Assembly: GCA_964016885.1 (NCBI GenBank)
Contig: OZ024740.1
Location: forward strand, 55,118,001-55,182,000
Reading direction: 5' to 3'
Source of the DNA: Eledone cirrhosa
Lineage: Eukaryota
DNA length: 64,000 bases
Shown here: piece by piece, positions 60,247 to 64,000 of the stretch
Numbering within the stretch: the stretch's first letter is position 1
How the letters are laid out: the number at the start of each line of letters is the position of its first letter
The notes under the pieces: model-generated
Database searches by the model: none
Seen by the model: only the letters and a program-made list of their open reading frames with translations
What the model was told of the DNA's origin: nothing
Translations under genes and position numbers: made by a program

Positions 60247-60343
60247 TTGTTTCTACTTTTGGCACAAGACCAGCAATTACCCAGCGTATTACTGGTACTT
60301 TCTGTTATCGGCCCTGTAAGGATGAAAGGCAAAGTTAACCTCG
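60247..60343 (-). mobile_element. 3' half of a main-family SINE whose (ATT)n tail abuts the Tx1 5' end
   Basis: Plus strand tgtttctacttttggcacaagaccagcaattaccc...ggatgaaaggcaaagttaacctcg. Confidence 0.85.
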
Positions 60344-60357
60344 TTAATAGTAAGTTA

Positions 60358-60410
60358 ATAATAATGCTTTCTTTATTAACCACAAGGGTTTACACAAAGT
60401 AGACATTAAG
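60358..60410 (-). mobile_element. ~50 bp copy of the Tx1 3' terminus
   Basis: aataatgctttctttattaaccacaagggtttacacaaagtagacattaag matches 54182-54231 with 2 mismatches. Confidence 0.85.
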
Positions 60411-61003
60411 AAATTTCAGAAGCGCATTATCTTTCTGTAACCTCTTTTCCAGCTTTAACCCCAACACCTTTGCCCCGGGTACATTTAGTAGAAGTTGTTT
60501 TGCTGCATGCATTTGAGACATGATGATTTTAGAATCGACCCTCCCTCATTAAAGCCACAAATGTCGGAGGCCCTGCCAATTTACAAAGGTGTTCAAATTC
60601 CTACGACGTCAATATGTCTTTTCAAACATCTAAGGCTGATGGTGATGACCTGCGAATTATTTTAGTTTACTCTGAGGAAAAAAAAAAAAAATTAAAAGTT
60701 GTTTAACGTTTCGGGATAACTTCTTCCCAGAAACCTATACAAAATTCCTGAGTCTAGTTGACGGAGGTGGCTATGGAGAGAGTTGTCTTTTTAATAAGCT
60801 TAATTTCCATTAATTTCAAACTATTGGGCTAGGTTAATTCCGTAACCTACATCGACCTCTTTCGTTTTGTGTCCCAAGAACCGCCTACTGTCAGATTTAG
60901 AGTACAATAATTCTGGTCGGATGATTTCTTTTGCCAATGCAGCTATTCATCTAGTCAATAAAACTCGAAGGGTCATCTCTCGCTATATTTTATATAGTAT
61001 TGT

Positions 61004-61065
<62 letters not shown>

Positions 61066-62442
61066 TCACATTATGCACTCTCGTACACACAATCACATAC
61101 GCATACACATTACTCACACACAAACACACACGCACAAACACACAAATACACAGACTTATAATCATTTGTATATACGCGTATATATAAACATCTATATAAA
61201 CACATGCCGACATACAATATATTATGTATATATGTGAGGGTGTGTGAGCATATCGTTGTGTGTGTGTATGTGTGTGCCAGACGGGTATCTTATCATGTTC
61301 TCTCCCTCTCTCATACCTACAATCTTAATACATCTGAGCAGACTGAAGCCCACTGTTTGAATTAATGCACTGGTTGACACACCGCTATTTGAGAGCACTC
61401 TCACTAATGTAGGCGGATCTCACTCTCAACCTCCTGATTGCCTTATATATATATATATACCTGTGTGTGTGTGTGTGCGTATGTGTGCGTTTATTATATA
61501 TCTATATATATAATTATATATATTTGACATGGTCAACCATCTGTATGATATCTTTTATTGAGCGATAGCTAGATTTTGAATATTACTTATATGTGTGTGT
61601 CTTTGTTTATGTGTGTGTGAGTGTGTTGTAAATATGTATGGATGTATGGATGTATTTATATATTTATGTATGCATGTATGTATGCATGTGGGTAGGTAGT
61701 TTGGAACGTACGTAGGAAAATAGGTAGAGTTACAGATAAAATAAATTGATAGAAATAGACTGAAGATCAGTTATCTGATTTATCCAAAGAGATAATTCGT
61801 AAAATCCAAAGGTATTTTGAGTAATATAAATATCAACTCTAAAGAAATTCACAGTGGTGAAGTCACCTGCACATTGTCTTAGGTTTATGTTAAGACATTT
61901 GCTGTTGTTCTCGACGCCTAAATAAGTAGAGATACAGGCGCTGTTTCTGATGTAGTATTGCTGAATAGTTAAGAAGCTCGTTTCACAATCATGACTATTC
62001 AGGTTTAGCATCTTATGTGGCATAGACTCATATCGGCACCAAACTTGTAAGGGGAATTGGATAAACGGAAGCTGTTTCGGAGACTGTCCAGATCTAAGCA
62101 CACAATATATAGGGAAACCGTCCAGCATTCCATTACTCATGCTTCTGTTCTTGGAAAAATCTCAGAGAAATATTTTGAGGATTATGTAAAATCATTACGC
62201 TGACATTCTGAGTAAGTGTATGCTTTATGCTTTAAATTGGAACTTAAGCAACTTATACAGCATATATATGTTATTTATTATGCAAGATCATTCCGAACAA
62301 TATATCAATAACCAATGTTTCTTGCTAGCAGAAAATATCCCTGACGCATTCTTTCAGTGAATATGTGGCAGGAGACAAGTTTTATTCTACCAAACGTGCT
62401 GATTATTCCACACCTCGGCATATATATATATATATAAAGGGG

Positions 62443-62556
<114 letters not shown>

Positions 62557-62563
62557 GGGAGAG

Positions 62564-62664
<101 letters not shown>

Positions 62665-63140
62665 TAGTCAGAGCCAGACCAAGATATTTGCTTATATATA
62701 TATAATTGGATTTTTCACTTATATGTTCATATTTATGGTGCTATTAAATAAAACAATAACAACAGTAGCAGTAACTACAACAATAATAATACCAATAATA
62801 ATAATAATCCTAAAACAATGAAGATAACGATAACAAAATTATATAAATATTAGAAAATCAAAAAAAATCAAACAATAAATGAACAATGAAATTTTTTTTT
62901 TTTTTCGAAAGTGAATGGCATGGAGTATATTAATAGTTGTGTAGGACAGATTATCACCATGTCCTTGCTACGTTATCTCTTTCCTCTGCCTTGTGGAATT
63001 ATATGCTCACGGTCTCTTTCAGTGTCCGTCTCGTACTAACTTGTCGGCGTTTGCTCGGGGCGATGTAAGTGAATATGTATCATTAAAATTGATCAGAGCA
63101 TGGCTCGGTCATAAATATAGGAGCAACTATTTCAACAACA

Positions 63141-63176
<36 letters not shown>

Positions 63177-63195
63177 GTTGCTGCTGCTGCTGCTG

Positions 63196-63361
<166 letters not shown>

Positions 63362-64000
63362 CTCGTGAGAAGTGACTCAAACAATGCTGAGAGAATCTAG
63401 AGCTGTGATTGTGACAGTGCGATGCAAGGGTTACTGTAGGGTAATTTGAATAATTTAGGAGCTATTTTCTAACTATTTTAAACACCAAACCTGCTGTACA
63501 TTGAGTGAGAGGAGACCAAGCATGGTGCAAAAGCATTAAAAGTCATCAAACTCGAGTAATAGGATGATCGCCATTGGATTAATTTTAATGGAATCCAAGC
63601 TCTTGCACCAGATTTAAGGCATCCCTTTCCCAATCTAGAAAGACTTTCAAGCATGGTAAGAGACTTCGCCCTATCGAATCTTAAAAAAGAAACAAAGATG
63701 TACGAGCCTTCTGTGTATATTTTCGGTTCTATTGAATTTAAGAAGAATATTGTCTTTATAGTTAGTTGGATAATAACGATATCTCCATACAATATCATTC
63801 GGCTGTTACTATTTGCAAGATAAATGTGTCTAGTGGTATCAGTGTGTTCTCATATATAACAATGATAATTCATGAATTCATGATTATGTTTTGATAACTG
63901 GCAGTGACAGGATTTTATCGATTGATTTATAATGATATTGCAGCGAACTTGGAATCTCTCAGTCTCCCATCTCTGCCCTTTTCTCTCCATTTCCCTCTCT

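Overview
AT-rich, microsatellite-saturated, repeat-dominated eukaryotic DNA. The SINE and LINE content resembles a cephalopod (Octopus-like) genome, which is an inference. I recognise no host protein-coding gene, and almost all short ORFs in the track are translated microsatellites. Supported content: (1) a near-intact 6 kb L1/Tx1-clade LINE on the minus strand (ORF1 with a CCHC knuckle; ORF2 APE-RT with a single 1-nt frameshift near its start), bounded by (AAT)n on both sides, plus three smaller Tx1 fragments; (2) a 5'-truncated R4/Dong-type RT plus restriction-like-endonuclease LINE in (TACA)n; (3) a decayed CR1-like LINE; (4) many tRNA-derived SINEs, several with clear target-site duplications (TSDs); (5) the most interesting signal, several distinct families of short non-coding fold-back (inverted-repeat) elements embedded in (TA)n arrays. 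Many of these carry type I hammerhead ribozyme motifs, including an intact one at 28797-28851 and a U3-A8 covariant core at 19649-19686, consistent with Penelope-like pseudo-LTR derivatives.
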